A stretch of 64,000 nt of DNA from Amoebidium appalachense (Eukaryota > Protista > Ichthyosporea), in NCBI GenBank assembly GCA_963693365.1, contig CAVNZM010000009.1, forward strand, positions 1,490,231 to 1,554,230, in the 5' to 3' direction. Both the position numbers and the translations under genes were made by a program. This document shows, one piece after another, positions 1 to 39,737 of this stretch. Numbering within the stretch: position 1 is the stretch's first letter; each line of letters starts with the position of its first letter. The notes beneath the pieces were generated by a model, which had not been told where the DNA came from, ran no database searches, and was given only the letters and a program-made list of their open reading frames with translations.

Positions 1-89
1 GAAAGCTATGCCCGCGGATGTAAGCCGGAAATATGGTATCACCCATTGCTTTGGGCTTGAAAAAAGCCAAATCGATAGTCCGAGTTATG

Positions 90-7297
<7,208 letters not shown>

Positions 7298-8142
7298 CTT
7301 GTATTTCTTGCAGCGTGCGCTAACGTAGCCGCTTGTAGTAGAAGACGTGTATGTTGCTTTGATGTTTTTGCCAGAGCCTACAACGTCGGTGGCAGCTACG
7401 TGTGGGTAAGTGGTGTGGTAACTATGATTAATATTAGTTTCTATTACTGTTTTACTAGCTAATGCAGTAACCTAATAATTTTCAAGCCAAATTACACTCT
7501 CTGAGCTTCACCCCCTAAGCTTTATCGAATTATTACTATTTCCCTGTTTAGACACAAAATCACGCGAACCCAAGAAACTCTCGGTCGTTTTTCGTTTTTT
7601 CAAAGCTCTCCGCAACCGCTCGGGGGCCCGGGCAGGTTTCGCGCCAAAAGCATATCGCCCCAAATCGATTGGACATGCTTGCGCACAAGCCATTTTCTAT
7701 TGGCTCACTTTTCCAAATAGTTATTATGACGTAATTATGACGTCATTCCTCGATACAATTCGCTGGCGCGCCGTCGGTGCCACGGCCCTTGTGTTCAGAG
7801 GGCCGTGGTCGTCATGTATGAGGCTCCCCCTCTGTCAGACAAACACACACATATATATGCAGGGTATATTGCTTGTGGTGACGTCTAACCCCTTAAGAGC
7901 AAGGGGTTTGATTTTGGCATAGGCATCAGATTCAGCTCCTAACCTCGAAAAATTAGCGTACGATGACCATAGCTTACATCGGGGTGTTGTACGTAGCCTG
8001 ACATGTTTAGCTATATCCGCGCCATTTCTTAAGGGCGGGGTAGTAGTGTTTCTCTTCAACAGGCGACGGAGTTCAAAGGATTCTCATCCATCCGTTGCTT
8101 CTGTCCACATGCGGTGCAAATAGTTTCCCCCCACAATACAAC
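7298..8142. promoter_or_regulatory. Bidirectional promoter TIPIN / bZIP
   Basis: Microsatellite-free region between divergent starts. It contains TTTCGCGCCAAA (E2F-type) at 7637-7648, ATTGG (CCAAT) boxes near 7668 and 7699, and TGACGTCA (CRE) at 7738-7745 preceded by TGACGTAA. Confidence 0.65.
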
Positions 8143-9219
8143 ATGGACTTTTCCGGTGGAAATCCCTCTGGGGAGGGAGAGCAACATGGAGATGGGGTAG
8201 GCAACAGCAGGTGCATGTGTGGGTGTAACTACCCGTGTGCCTGTGATCTACTTAAAGGGAATCTCCACGATATTTTGCAGGAGCTTGGCATGCCCCCAGC
8301 AACTTTCGAAAATCCAAATGAATTGTCTGGAATACCGTCCGAGGACTTCTTAGCACAGGCCAACATCGGTGGTTTTGGTGAGCACAACAACGGGAATTTC
8401 CTTTCTGGAGGATTTGCAAGAAGCCTTAGTGCAGAGCATATACCCTCTTCATTTTCACAGTCGGACCCGTTCAGGGGTGAAACATGGGGAGGAAGTTACC
8501 CGTTGGCCCAAACACACAACCAAATTCCGCACCAAATACAAGGAGACATGTACGGGGGTCCACCCCTTAATCCAAACCCGATGTCACATTTTCTGCAAAG
8601 TTCCCAAAATGGGCTGCGTGGACAGACATGGGACAGTTTCCAGACAACCGGATCATATCCCAATACGCCGGCAGCAGGATTGCAAAGCGACGGAGGGTCA
8701 TTGCAGGGTATGGGGAAAGACCAGGGAGAGAGTGATTCGCAAGGGGGGGACAAGGGAAAGAGGCAATACAACAACAAAATGGCGTCACGTTTGTTCAGGT
8801 GAGTGCATTTTAAAGGGGTGTGAGTTTGTGTGAGCATGTGCCGGTCTGTTGGGGTGGGTTGGGTGTAGGTCGCTCTGCATGCATGAGTTTCTAGCAAGGG
8901 ACGTATTGAGATTGCGGTCACAATTGTCATCCGGGTTGGTGCTGGTGTGGTGCATCTTTGAATTCCCCCTGTGCACAGCGCAACACCCACTGGGTACACA
9001 GTGTAAAATGTACTTGGGTGATACTTATGCTTGTCGGTTGGAAAAAAAACGTAAATAGTCGGGATCTAAACTTGCTCGTTAGTCCCCCTCCCCCTCCCCC
9101 CTTCCCTCTCCCCCCCCTCCCCTCCCCCCTCTGCCCCTCACACACACACACAGACACACAAACATACACACACACACACACACACACAGGCACACACACA
9201 CTCTCTCTCTTCCCCCCCC

Positions 9220-9277
<58 letters not shown>

Positions 9278-9696
9278 CCCACGGGCAGGCACTCTTTCCC
9301 TAAAGTTGACTCGCATAGCTGGGATAGGCAGCCAAACATCCTGCACGTGCTTGCGTGCTTGCGCACAGTCAGGGGCACACACACCTGTCTTACAAATCTC
9401 AATCGATAATAACTAGATTGAGAGAGGGACTATGGTATATCCCCCCCCCCCCCCCCCCCTCCCCCCCCCCTCCCCCCTCCCCCCCCCCCCCCCCTTTCTC
9501 CCCCCCTCCTTCTTTTTCTTTTTTTTTTCGTTGGCCCTTTGCAGATGCCTATTTCATATGTGAACTTGGTGCTAGGGCTTTTTCTTTGATCTCGCTCTTG
9601 TGGGTATTTTATGTTTGGTTGGGTTGATAGGTGAGTGGGTGTGTTAGGTGATGTTGTCCACGTAGTTGTGTTTCAATTGGGCGTGCCATATCACAT

Positions 9697-9777
<81 letters not shown>

Positions 9778-11055
9778 TGTATTTGTACACACACGTGCGT
9801 GTGTGTGAGCCTGTACATAGCGCGCGCACACACGCCCGCGCCTGCACGTGTATGCTCGGCGTGTATACCGGTGGGCATGATTTATGTGTAGACCAAAGGT
9901 CGGGTTGGGTGTTTGACATGTTTGCAAAGGTGTTGAAATGGTGGTATGAGGACAAGTGTGAATTGTGTTTGCTTACACCTGTATGTGTGGTTGGCTTGGT
10001 TTGGTTTTCCATGGTTTATTCTGCCGGCGTGTGTGTGTGTGTGTGTGTGGCGGTGGTTGGGGGGGGAGGGGGGGGGATCTTTAGGGCTTGATAGACCTCT
10101 AACTTTGGAATACAATCAGGGAACGTCGCAAGCGAAAGTACCAAGAGATCGTCGATGAGAACATAAAACTATCCAATGAAAACCGCACGTTAAAGGCCGA
10201 AAACCAACTTCTCCGCAACATTCTTATGCGGGGCCATCCCATGAGCCACCCGGATTTTGCGTTTCTTCAGTTTGATTCGTGCGGGTGTTGCATAAAAACA
10301 TCAAACGGTCCGTCAAAATGCGGAGGTGCAGGCAGCCCGGGAGAAGAGAAAAAGGCGGGCTGTTGCTCGAATAAACCCCCACAACCCCAAATTTCAAACC
10401 CCCCCACGCCAGCCGCTCCAACCACCAACAATGTACTCCCTATTCGTCCTTTGGGGAGATCACAGCCAGCCGCCCAACTTTTCCAGCCCCCATGCGACCC
10501 CCCTTCCCCGTCGGTTATTCCCAGTTTATTCCACCGGGTGGGCCTCCTGCGCCCATAATGCACACACAATATCCCGGTTTTATCCCGACTCAGCACCCAG
10601 GCATATATCCACCGGCACGTCCACCCGGACACGTTCACCCTGCACAAAACCATTCCGGGTGTGGATGTTCGCATAACGAACAAGCGGGCGCGCACGGGCA
10701 CACACACAACCACGGAGGCGGGGAGGGGTCGTGTTGTGCAAGGAAGAGCGAGGAGACAGTGAATGTGCAGAGCAAGGGATGTTGTGGGGGCAAGGACGGA
10801 CCATGTAGGTGTTCGGGGTGTACGTGTAGTTCTGAGAAAGTGGGGAGGAACGAACATGTTGCACACAGACACGAACACACACAGGCGGCACATGTACAGA
10901 ATGAAGACACTGTGCAGTATCAAGGGAATGGATATGTGCATGTGGAGAGGGACGGTAGGGGTGGGGGTGGGTGTTGTGGTGGTGGTGATGGGGAGAGGAC
11001 GGGTCAAGGTGGAAACCAGAGCAAGGGTTGCTGTGGGGGCGGGAACACACACTAG
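8143..11055 (+). CDS. bZIP transcription factor with Cys-rich/His-rich (metal-binding-like) regions; one apparent frameshift in exon 2
   Basis: Exon 1 is 8143-8798 (AG|gtgagt). Exon 2 starts at 10120 (ctaac branch point, cag|). The joined sequence KRQYNNKMASRLFR|ERRKRKYQEIVDENIKLSNENRTLKAENQLLRNIL is a basic region plus leucine zipper. The frame switches near 10376-10491 into the ORF ending at TAG 11055; without the shift the protein stops at 10558. Confidence 0.85.
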
Positions 11056-11105
11056 GGGAGTTCAGTGCTTAGATATGATGATGTAAATGCACGTAGCACC
11101 GAAAA

Positions 11106-11217
<112 letters not shown>

Positions 11218-12184
11218 AACACACACGCCTGCACACGTTTGTTAACACACACACACCCGCGTGAACACAAACAGAACAAGTGAACCACCCAATCCCTCCC
11301 TTCCCTCCCCCCTCCCCCCTCACCCCCTCCCTCTCTTCCCCACCCATCTATACACCCACGCACCCACCCTACCACTACCACCAACCAGCCACCCACCCCT
11401 ATATACAGTCACCTTCATCTTTTTATACCGACACGCACACACACACGTTCATGTCACAAGGACACTTGCATACCCACCAACATGCATTCACGAAACCAAC
11501 ACCACCATACATTTACCGATTTAAGTAGTTTTTGTCATTCCGTTCCTCAGACCGAGTTAGGGAGCCTTTTGGGTTAGGCTTTTTGCTTTACCGCTCCCAC
11601 GGGTACCCGTACGTTTTTCTTTTGCAGTAACAATGTGTGTTTCTGCTTTTTTTTAAGAATGTTTTGTCATCAGCCCAGTACCCACCTTTCTTTTTCTTTT
11701 TTCTCTTTATTTTTCTTTCTTCTTTTGTTTTTGATTTTGCTCTGCTTGCAGTGTGTTGTATGCAATATGAGGCCTAGTAGTGAGAATGCTGCTGTGAATG
11801 ACCTTTATTTCGGTGTTAGCACGAGACTTCTTTTCAAATGTCGAAGATGTATTTTATCGAAGGTATGCTCTCCTAGTTGTACATAGGCACAGTAATCTTA
11901 TGTTTGCGGTTGAGTGTTTGCATTTGAATTTTTTTCCGAAAGGATAGTTGTACACATAACATGCGTGTGATTAATTAATGATAGATATGGTGCTAGTGTT
12001 CGTTATGTACTGCAGCAGTAATATAGTAGGAGTAGTTTCTAGAATGCATTATTGTCCACATGTTATGTGCCAGATCTAGACCAGCATATGGTGTATTATT
12101 GTGCCTGCAGGTTCAGGCAATCCAATCACTTGCTTCAAACCCTGGTTTATTTTTCGGCATGTCACATTCAAACCCGGTGTTCAA

Positions 12185-12229
<45 letters not shown>

Positions 12230-12610
12230 ACCCAACCCAACACCACCACCACCACCACCACTACCACCACCCTCTCTGCACACGTGTCATGCATTTGTGT
12301 TCTCTCTCTTTTTCTGGTGCCCCCAGAGTTAACACAAATCCATGGCACTTACATGTGCAGAGATCTCGAGAAGGAGGGGGGGGGGGGGGGGGGGGGGGAG
12401 GGAACTAGTACTGGAGAAGTACCAGGAGCGAGGGAGCCGGAGGAAGTTGAGGGGGGGGAGAAAAGAAACGGAATGATGATTATCATGATTGTGCGTATGT
12501 GTACATGTAACCCACCACGTGCATAAACAACTGCAGGGCTTGGGATCAGTATACAAAGGTTCATGACTCTTGGAAAGGAAAACCTCACGTACGTAGAACA
12601 CATACACAGA

Positions 12611-12790
12611 GAGCCTCAGTGTCACGTACGTACAGCCCCTTGTTTTGCCGACGTCGACGCCGTCTTATTGTATTTTTGACAAGCGATTCTTATTGGACAT
12701 TTCGTACCCAATGAGCCTCAGTGTGACGTACATGCCCCTTGTTTTGCCGTCTGGTTCTATTTTTAACAGGCGATTCTTATTGGACATTTG
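12611..12790. repeat. Imperfect ~90-100 bp tandem duplication
   Basis: gagcctcagtgt...gccccttgttttgccg...gcgattcttattggacattt occurs twice. Confidence 0.75.
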
Positions 12791-13086
12791 CCATGCTGGG
12801 CCAGCCAGCTGGGTTTTAACAGCCCCCCACGATTGCTCAAAAACTGTGCACAACACAACATTCAATGCATGCTTGGTTAGCATGCACGTCTTCGGAACTT
12901 TGTATTATCTCACGTACAGTTAAAATAATAAAACTATGTATGGACCAATAATTTTCGCGCTATATGCACGATTAGGCAAATATAGAAATTTGGGCGGGAA
13001 GTTTTTGCGTGCCCAAAAAAAAGAGCATGGTTTCATAAGACGTACATATGCAACATAATAGCCAATCACAAACATGTTTAACCCCT

Positions 13087-26252
<13,166 letters not shown>

Positions 26253-26599
26253 GGTCACCGCCTAGCGTACGCTAGTCGAAACACCTCCAAGAAAAGTCGT
26301 AATTGGTTAAGGATGAAAGACTGAAAAAAATTCCCCCCTTCGACTCTGTCCGAATTCCTGACACGTAGGCCCTTTACACAGTCAGTGTGTGACGGGCCTT
26401 GTACATGCCCTGTACAGGCCCGTCACAACTGTTACGATGGAGCGGCATTTCGCCGCACCCAAAGAATCGCGAATAGCCTAGAATGGTTCGAGTGTCTTGG
26501 TAAAACGTTTTATTATTGGTTATAGATCTTGTTAATCTGTTACTATTCGTTATATATCACGTACTTGGCTCGTACTTGGCTTTGGCTTATTTTAGGCGT

Positions 26600-26665
26600 A
26601 TGTGATTGGTTAAGTACCCATTCCCGAATCTTTTTGAGCCACTCCTCGCAGGTATATAAAGCGGG
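26600..26665 (+). promoter_or_regulatory. HSP20 core promoter: CCAAT box, HSE-like site and TATA box
   Basis: ATTGG near 26605, TTCccGAAtcTTT at 26621-26633 (nTTCnnGAAn array, one mismatch) and TATATAAA at 26653-26660, about 100 bp before the ATG. Confidence 0.7.
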
Positions 26666-26761
26666 ACACCACGGCCTCTCAGTTCACACTTAAAAGTTAT
26701 CTGGTTTCGTTTCACGCAGTCATCAAAAAACTATTCAAGCTTTACTCTCTCAATCGCAAAC

Positions 26762-27358
26762 ATGTCTCTCAGCCGCATCATCCGTCCATTCTTCAACGAG
26801 CTTTCCACCATCGAGCGCGACTTTGCTCGTGTCTTTGCTCCCTCCCTCTACGGCCACAACTTGATGTCAGGCTTCCCCACCACTTCCCCCCTGGCCCAAG
26901 CATTTGCCCAACGCCAGCCCGCCTTCCACGTGAGAGAAAATGACAAAGACATCGTCATTGAGGCCGATACCCCAGGATTCAAGAAAGAGATCTTGGCCGT
27001 GGAGCTGGATGGCAGCCGCCTGATCATCCGCGGGCTACAAGAACAGAAGAAGGCAGAGGGGGGTGCTGAGGGGGCGCAGGCAGGGGACAGTGAGCAGTTC
27101 TACGACCGACGGGAGTTCCAACAGTCCCTGCAGCTGCCCCCCGAGCTCACCGGTGCGCCCATCACGGCCCACTACGAAAACGGCGTGCTGCGCGTCAAGC
27201 TGGCCAAGCCCGAGCCCGCCAAGAAACACCCCGTGCAGATTTCCATTGCCGGCCCCGACACTGTGGCTGAGAGCATGAAGGTCATCGGGGACGCAAAGGC
27301 CGCGGCTGAGGCTGTCGGCGCAAAGACTGAGGCTAATACCGCAACTAGTACTGCTTGA
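26762..27358 (+). CDS. HSP20: Small heat shock protein (HSP20/alpha-crystallin domain), intronless, 198 aa
   Basis: PAFHVRENDKDIVIEADTPGFKKE...VELDGSRLIIRG...REFQQSLQLP...ITAHYENGVLRVKLAK and a C-terminal VQISI (IXI/V) motif; strong GC3 codon bias. Confidence 0.95.
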   Translation: MSLSRIIRPFFNELSTIERDFARVFAPSLYGHNLMSGFPTTSPLAQAFAQRQPAFHVRENDKDIVIEADTPGFKKEILAVELDGSRLIIRGLQEQKKAEGGAEGAQAGDSEQFYDRREFQQSLQLPPELTGAPITAHYENGVLRVKLAKPEPAKKHPVQISIAGPDTVAESMKVIGDAKAAAEAVGAKTEANTATSTA

Positions 27359-27569
27359 AACATATACTGCATTGTATGGCTGCACACTGGTGATGATGAT
27401 ATGCCGCGTTATAGGTCGAGTATGTATGTCTTCACATTGGGGTGAACAAAAGGACGCTAACGTTTTAACTGATGTTATGTTTAAATTTGTGCACTTTTCA
27501 GTGAACCGTTTGAAAAGCCTCAGGGCTAAACCTTATCATAAACGTGGACCGGACATGTCGACATGATCA

Positions 27570-27603
<34 letters not shown>

Positions 27604-28155
27604 AATGCCTATATATTGCAAGACTGCATTTTTCACTTGTTTATACTGTTAAGTCAAATATTATTATCATAGGTAAAAGATTGTTTTTAGCGGTGGTATA
27701 TGTGCCTGTAAAAGTTTGGCCGCGTTTAGTTTCAGTACATAGTAAGGTTGACCAAGATTGCATAGTAACTGTAGGATCAATAGAAGATACCCTCAAAAAG
27801 TGGGGGGGGTGGGCGGGGGGGGGGGGAAGGGAATGGGAAAGGAAAAAATAGCATGTACATGCCTGTTACAAATCAGCATATGAGATCATAGATGTACAGT
27901 AGATATTGAGTGTTTCTAAATTTTGTGTGTAATGAATATAAGTATATTGCCGTCATCTGGACATAATTTGTCAGTAGGATTGGATGTTATGAATGAGTAA
28001 TAAATAAAGTGGTGAAAATGGACACATGTGCTCCAGCTAGCTGGTTTTGATGTCAACTGCCTCTACCCCCCTTCCCCCCTTCCCCTCCCCCCTCAGGATC
28101 CTCCCCTCACCCCCCCCCCCCCCCCTTCCCTGCAGCTGCCATCCCCTCTAGCCCG

Positions 28156-28189
<34 letters not shown>

Positions 28190-29149
28190 ACCCCCCCCTG
28201 GCCAGCCCCCGATATTTTTGTTACCCTACACGCAATCTCCCATTTGTGCTTCATACTACTAAAGAGTCAGTAGCGATTTGAGAACCTATTCTCGTAGTAT
28301 GTGTATCCCCCCCCCCCCCCCCCCCCCCCCCACCCCAAAAAAACCAAAAAAAAAAAAAACACACACACACATCGCCGACAACTCGCGCCCAGCAATGGTT
28401 GTCAAGATGTGACAAGAACTTGTCGTGCGTAGAAAGCAACACCGGTGGCTCTGCTTATATTTACCCTTCTATTGTTAGGTTTGGTATGAGAAAGTTTTCC
28501 CCGTTAGAGGCCGGAGGGTAAACTTACTGGGGCGAAACTTTGGAATCAATACAACTATTATGGGCATGGCTCAAGGGTTCAAGAGTTGCGCATGAAGTGT
28601 ACATGCATGTGGATGCGGGCCTGCAGCTGTGTGCGATGTCCATGTTGGCATGCAACAACAATGGTTTCACATATCGAGTGTGTTTTTGTGAGCCACGGTA
28701 TGTGTGTGTCTGTCAAGTGTGTGTGTGTGTGTGTGTGTATGTGTGTGTGTGCGCACGCGCGCGCATGAAGGTGGGGAGCATGCCAGGGTGGAGTTGCCTG
28801 TAACAGTACACACCCAGATGTGGATGTGTGTGTGTGTGTGTGTGTGTTTGTGCGTGCATGTGCATGCCCGGGCTCGGGTTGCGATAGAACAGATAGCTGA
28901 CCCCATGTACTTGAGTTAAATTCTGGAAAGTATTTACAGGTACTGGATGCATGTATAAGAGTGTTCAGCTATAAGTTACAAACGGTTTATGCGCCCGCTC
29001 AGGGCGAAATCTAAAAACTGGCGTACATGCTGAGCACCGTAATGTATTGGGATCATAACAAATTAAAATTATAGTCGCAAAATGCAAGTATAAAATGTTA
29101 TTATAAAATGAACAGGCCACCGTCAGCCTGTTCGTGCTCTGGCTGTGGG

Positions 29150-36600
<7,451 letters not shown>

Positions 36601-37186
36601 GGTGGATTAATGGATGTGGGCTGAGAATTTGTAACACGAGAGATTGGTCTTGAAAGTTGTAAAGTTGCACAGCGGATATTAGATAGCACCCTATTCCTAC
36701 TGGTTTGTTTGTTTTATAAATAGTTGCAAGATCATCCCGTTTTATAAATTGTTGCAAGATCATCCGTCACCTTCAATGATTGTGCATGTATGTGACCGAG
36801 GGTTTTGTGGTGGGGCGTGCCGGGAATACGAACTGCTGCGGCGGCGAAAGAAGACATCAACAGATTCCTCACTACATTCGTCGTGTGTGATGTTTCGCAA
36901 GTGATAGTCGGACCCGCTGTGTGTCACTACGATAGAAACAAAATTTTAAATTGGTATGTACCGAAGGCGTCCGGAATCGATTCTTCCTACACCCTACAAG
37001 TGGTAGGTTGGCTACCAAACGATGATCTGAGTGAATTGAGGGGTTCACAGAAGTGCCGTGATTCACGACTGTCTTTACAGAGTCGACAGATAGAAGGGCT
37101 CTAGAGTACTACAATAGTATGCCAGTCGGCATTACATATTCGTGCTCGCGCGGCCGAGCGAGCAAGCGCGAGCCAGGAGCACGCAC

Positions 37187-37349
37187 CAGGGGCTGCCAGG
37201 GCTTGGCGCTCTTAATCGTATTTCGACAAATTTCGGAAATTTAGCCACCCTTGACGGTCGTATTTACTAATTGAAAGCCCATTTTTAATCGTATTGGGGG
37301 GCTTTCTAAATCGTAAATACGATGATTCTGGATCGTATTGCAACCCCTG
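37187..37349. mobile_element. hAT-type MITE, 163 bp
   Basis: Termini CAGGGGCTGC / GCAACCCCTG (9/10 inverted match), a perfect 8-bp TSD GCACGCAC (37179-37186 and 37350-37357) and internal TCGTAT repeats. It is absent from the paralogous region near 47580-48520. Confidence 0.85.
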
Positions 37350-37609
37350 GCACGCACATGCATATATATATGTACATACATGTACGTCTCAACATGGTGT
37401 ATTATTGCACGGACTGCAACATTGATGGCTTCTGCTTCTTGCTGTCTTGGTAGCCAATCTTTGTTGTTTAGGTAAGCTTGTCATAGCAAGGCCACACAAC
37501 ATGCCATCGATATGGCGCATAGTACTAATATTAATAGTACATAGCTATTATAACTATGACTGTGGCGGGCCTTGGGGCGGGCCCCACCGGATGATCTAGA
37601 ACTCGGTCA

Positions 37610-37965
37610 AGTTGAGCCAATCGGTTGGTGTGGTAGTTCCGATTGGATAAAAAGGACCCAATCGGAAGGCATGACGTCGAACAGGTTGAACCGTTGGTGG
37701 CGCGGCGCCGGCCAGCATCAATGTTGCGGCCGTATAGCGGGGCCCCGGCCTAAATTCTTGGTTTGCCGCCTAGAGAAATGTAAACATTCAATCACAACAC
37801 AAAGATTATGTAGGCTACCTCTTTCCTTTTTGCTTTCTTGTTTCTTTGTTATCCCCGAGCCCCGGGGTCATTTACATAGGCTTGATCATGACTGAGTCTC
37901 GGAGATCAGATCATGATTCCGATGGCGAATGGTGTACCAATCAGATTGAGCTTTCGCACTTTTTC
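37610..37965 (-). promoter_or_regulatory. Conserved CCAAT-box module upstream of globin A
   Basis: CCAAT 37617, ATTGG 37642, CCAAT 37658 and CCAAT 37937; homologous to 48826-49200. Confidence 0.6.
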
Positions 37966-38048
37966 TAGATCAACCCAGGGTGTGAAATTGCCGCGTTTGG
38001 CCGGTGGCCTGGTGCCATTTCACTACTCAGTCTGACTTTACGGCGGGC

Positions 38049-38619
38049 GTTGCGAACGGTTCAGGTGGTGGTGTAGGAAAGTATGATATGCCATGAATTC
38101 TGGAATATTTTTTCTACCACTACCTGTAAGATTTTGGCCACTTGCGAAAATCATGCCGCTGGCAGGTGGTGGTGTATAAGTTGATTTTGGTCCATGTTTA
38201 TGCAACAATGTGTGATTGGCTTAGGTTGCTGCCGATGATTGGCTTAGCTTACCCTCGTTATCACCTAATTAGCGTTGCGATTGGGTAGATCTATTCCAGG
38301 AATGTTAAAAAGTGTATATCCGTTTAGCGATTGGCTGTTTATCGTGTAAAGCAAATCCGTCTTTTTCACATACCGCATTCCACCCGGCATGCCATCGATC
38401 TAGGTTGAATGTGGGCCTTCGTCGTTTTGGGTTGAATGCGGGTGCCTCCGAATGGAATGCTGCTAAAAAAAAGAAACGATAAAAGCAACGTGGCAAAATG
38501 GAAGTTGATTCCAATATTTAGAAGTGGTCAATCATTCATATCGCCTAGTTACACAAATCCCTGGATAAATAACGAGTAACGTTGAGATCCCTCCTACACC
38601 ACTACCTCCGCTTCGCAAC
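38049..38619. mobile_element. Putative MITE with ~30-bp imperfect terminal inverted repeats
   Basis: Left end gttgcgaacggttcaggtggtggtgtagga versus reverse complement of the right end gttgcgaagcggaggtagtggtgtagga. Extra internal copies of aggtggtggtgta lie near 38114-38176. No TSD identified. Confidence 0.6.
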
Positions 38620-38957
38620 ATGGGCACGGAATCCCCTGCCTAGGTGTGTAGTAGAGCCGCCAACCTTTTTTTTATAGGTTTTTTTCCTTTTTTCCCCACT
38701 GGCTGTAGCCACTGGTTGAAAAATTGGTGGAACTAGCCCCGAAAAGTCCGTTAAAACAGGCGGAGCTAATATTGGGACTGAGCTCGATATTTGTCAGGTG
38801 CAGCAAATGCATGCATGGGTGAAAAGGACGAAGGGCAAAGCGACTTGGCAAAAATCTTTACTCTGATACTGGAAAGCTCTTTGGAATTATCAAAACGGTT
38901 AACGAGGTTACTAATACGCTTCTAATGTGAGGTCCCTTTGCTTCGTAGAGGCTTCCC

Positions 38958-38989
<32 letters not shown>

Positions 38990-39270
38990 TTCCCGTCAAA
39001 ACCTCTAATCCCCAATCTCGAGCGCTCGTCCACACCCACTTATTCGCAGGCATACGAGATCGATATCAGCCCCTTCATTCAACCCCTCTGCTTGCGGCTT
39101 AGCAGCGCAAAAATCCATTACTAATATATATAGTTATCATCGTATAATCCATTACTAATATATAAGCATAAAACCGAAATAGTTATCATCGTAAAATCAT
39201 CGTAAAATACAAGTATAAACCGGAATAAATCAACAGGCCATCAACTGCCTGCACGTGCTCTGGCTGTGGG

Positions 39271-39592
39271 CTATGAGATGGTGCACTTATCCTCCTTCTG
39301 CTGGCTCGACACCATTCCATCCACAAGCAGGCGCAGCGCACGCACCCACATGACGTGGACATCGTTCGTGTAGCTGTCACCAAGCGCTTGCTGCGTGTGC
39401 ATACGTGTGTGCGTGTGTGTGCCGGTGGTGGTGGTGGTGGTGGTGGTGGTGTGTATGGTGATGGCAGTGTTAGGTGATTCGAGGTGATTCGATTACTGAG
39501 CAGCATATGCAGTTTAGAAGAGTCATTCCGGTTACCATCAGTGAAGAAGAAAGAGCTGTCAATGCAATCTGGCTGCCCGTTGCCATGCCTCC

Positions 39593-39643
<51 letters not shown>

Positions 39644-39664
39644 CACACACACCACCACCATTTA

Positions 39665-39737
<73 letters not shown>

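Noticed and set aside
27573-27602. T30 run as a retroelement poly(A) tail
   Set aside because: No TSD or element body recognised; homopolymers are ubiquitous here.
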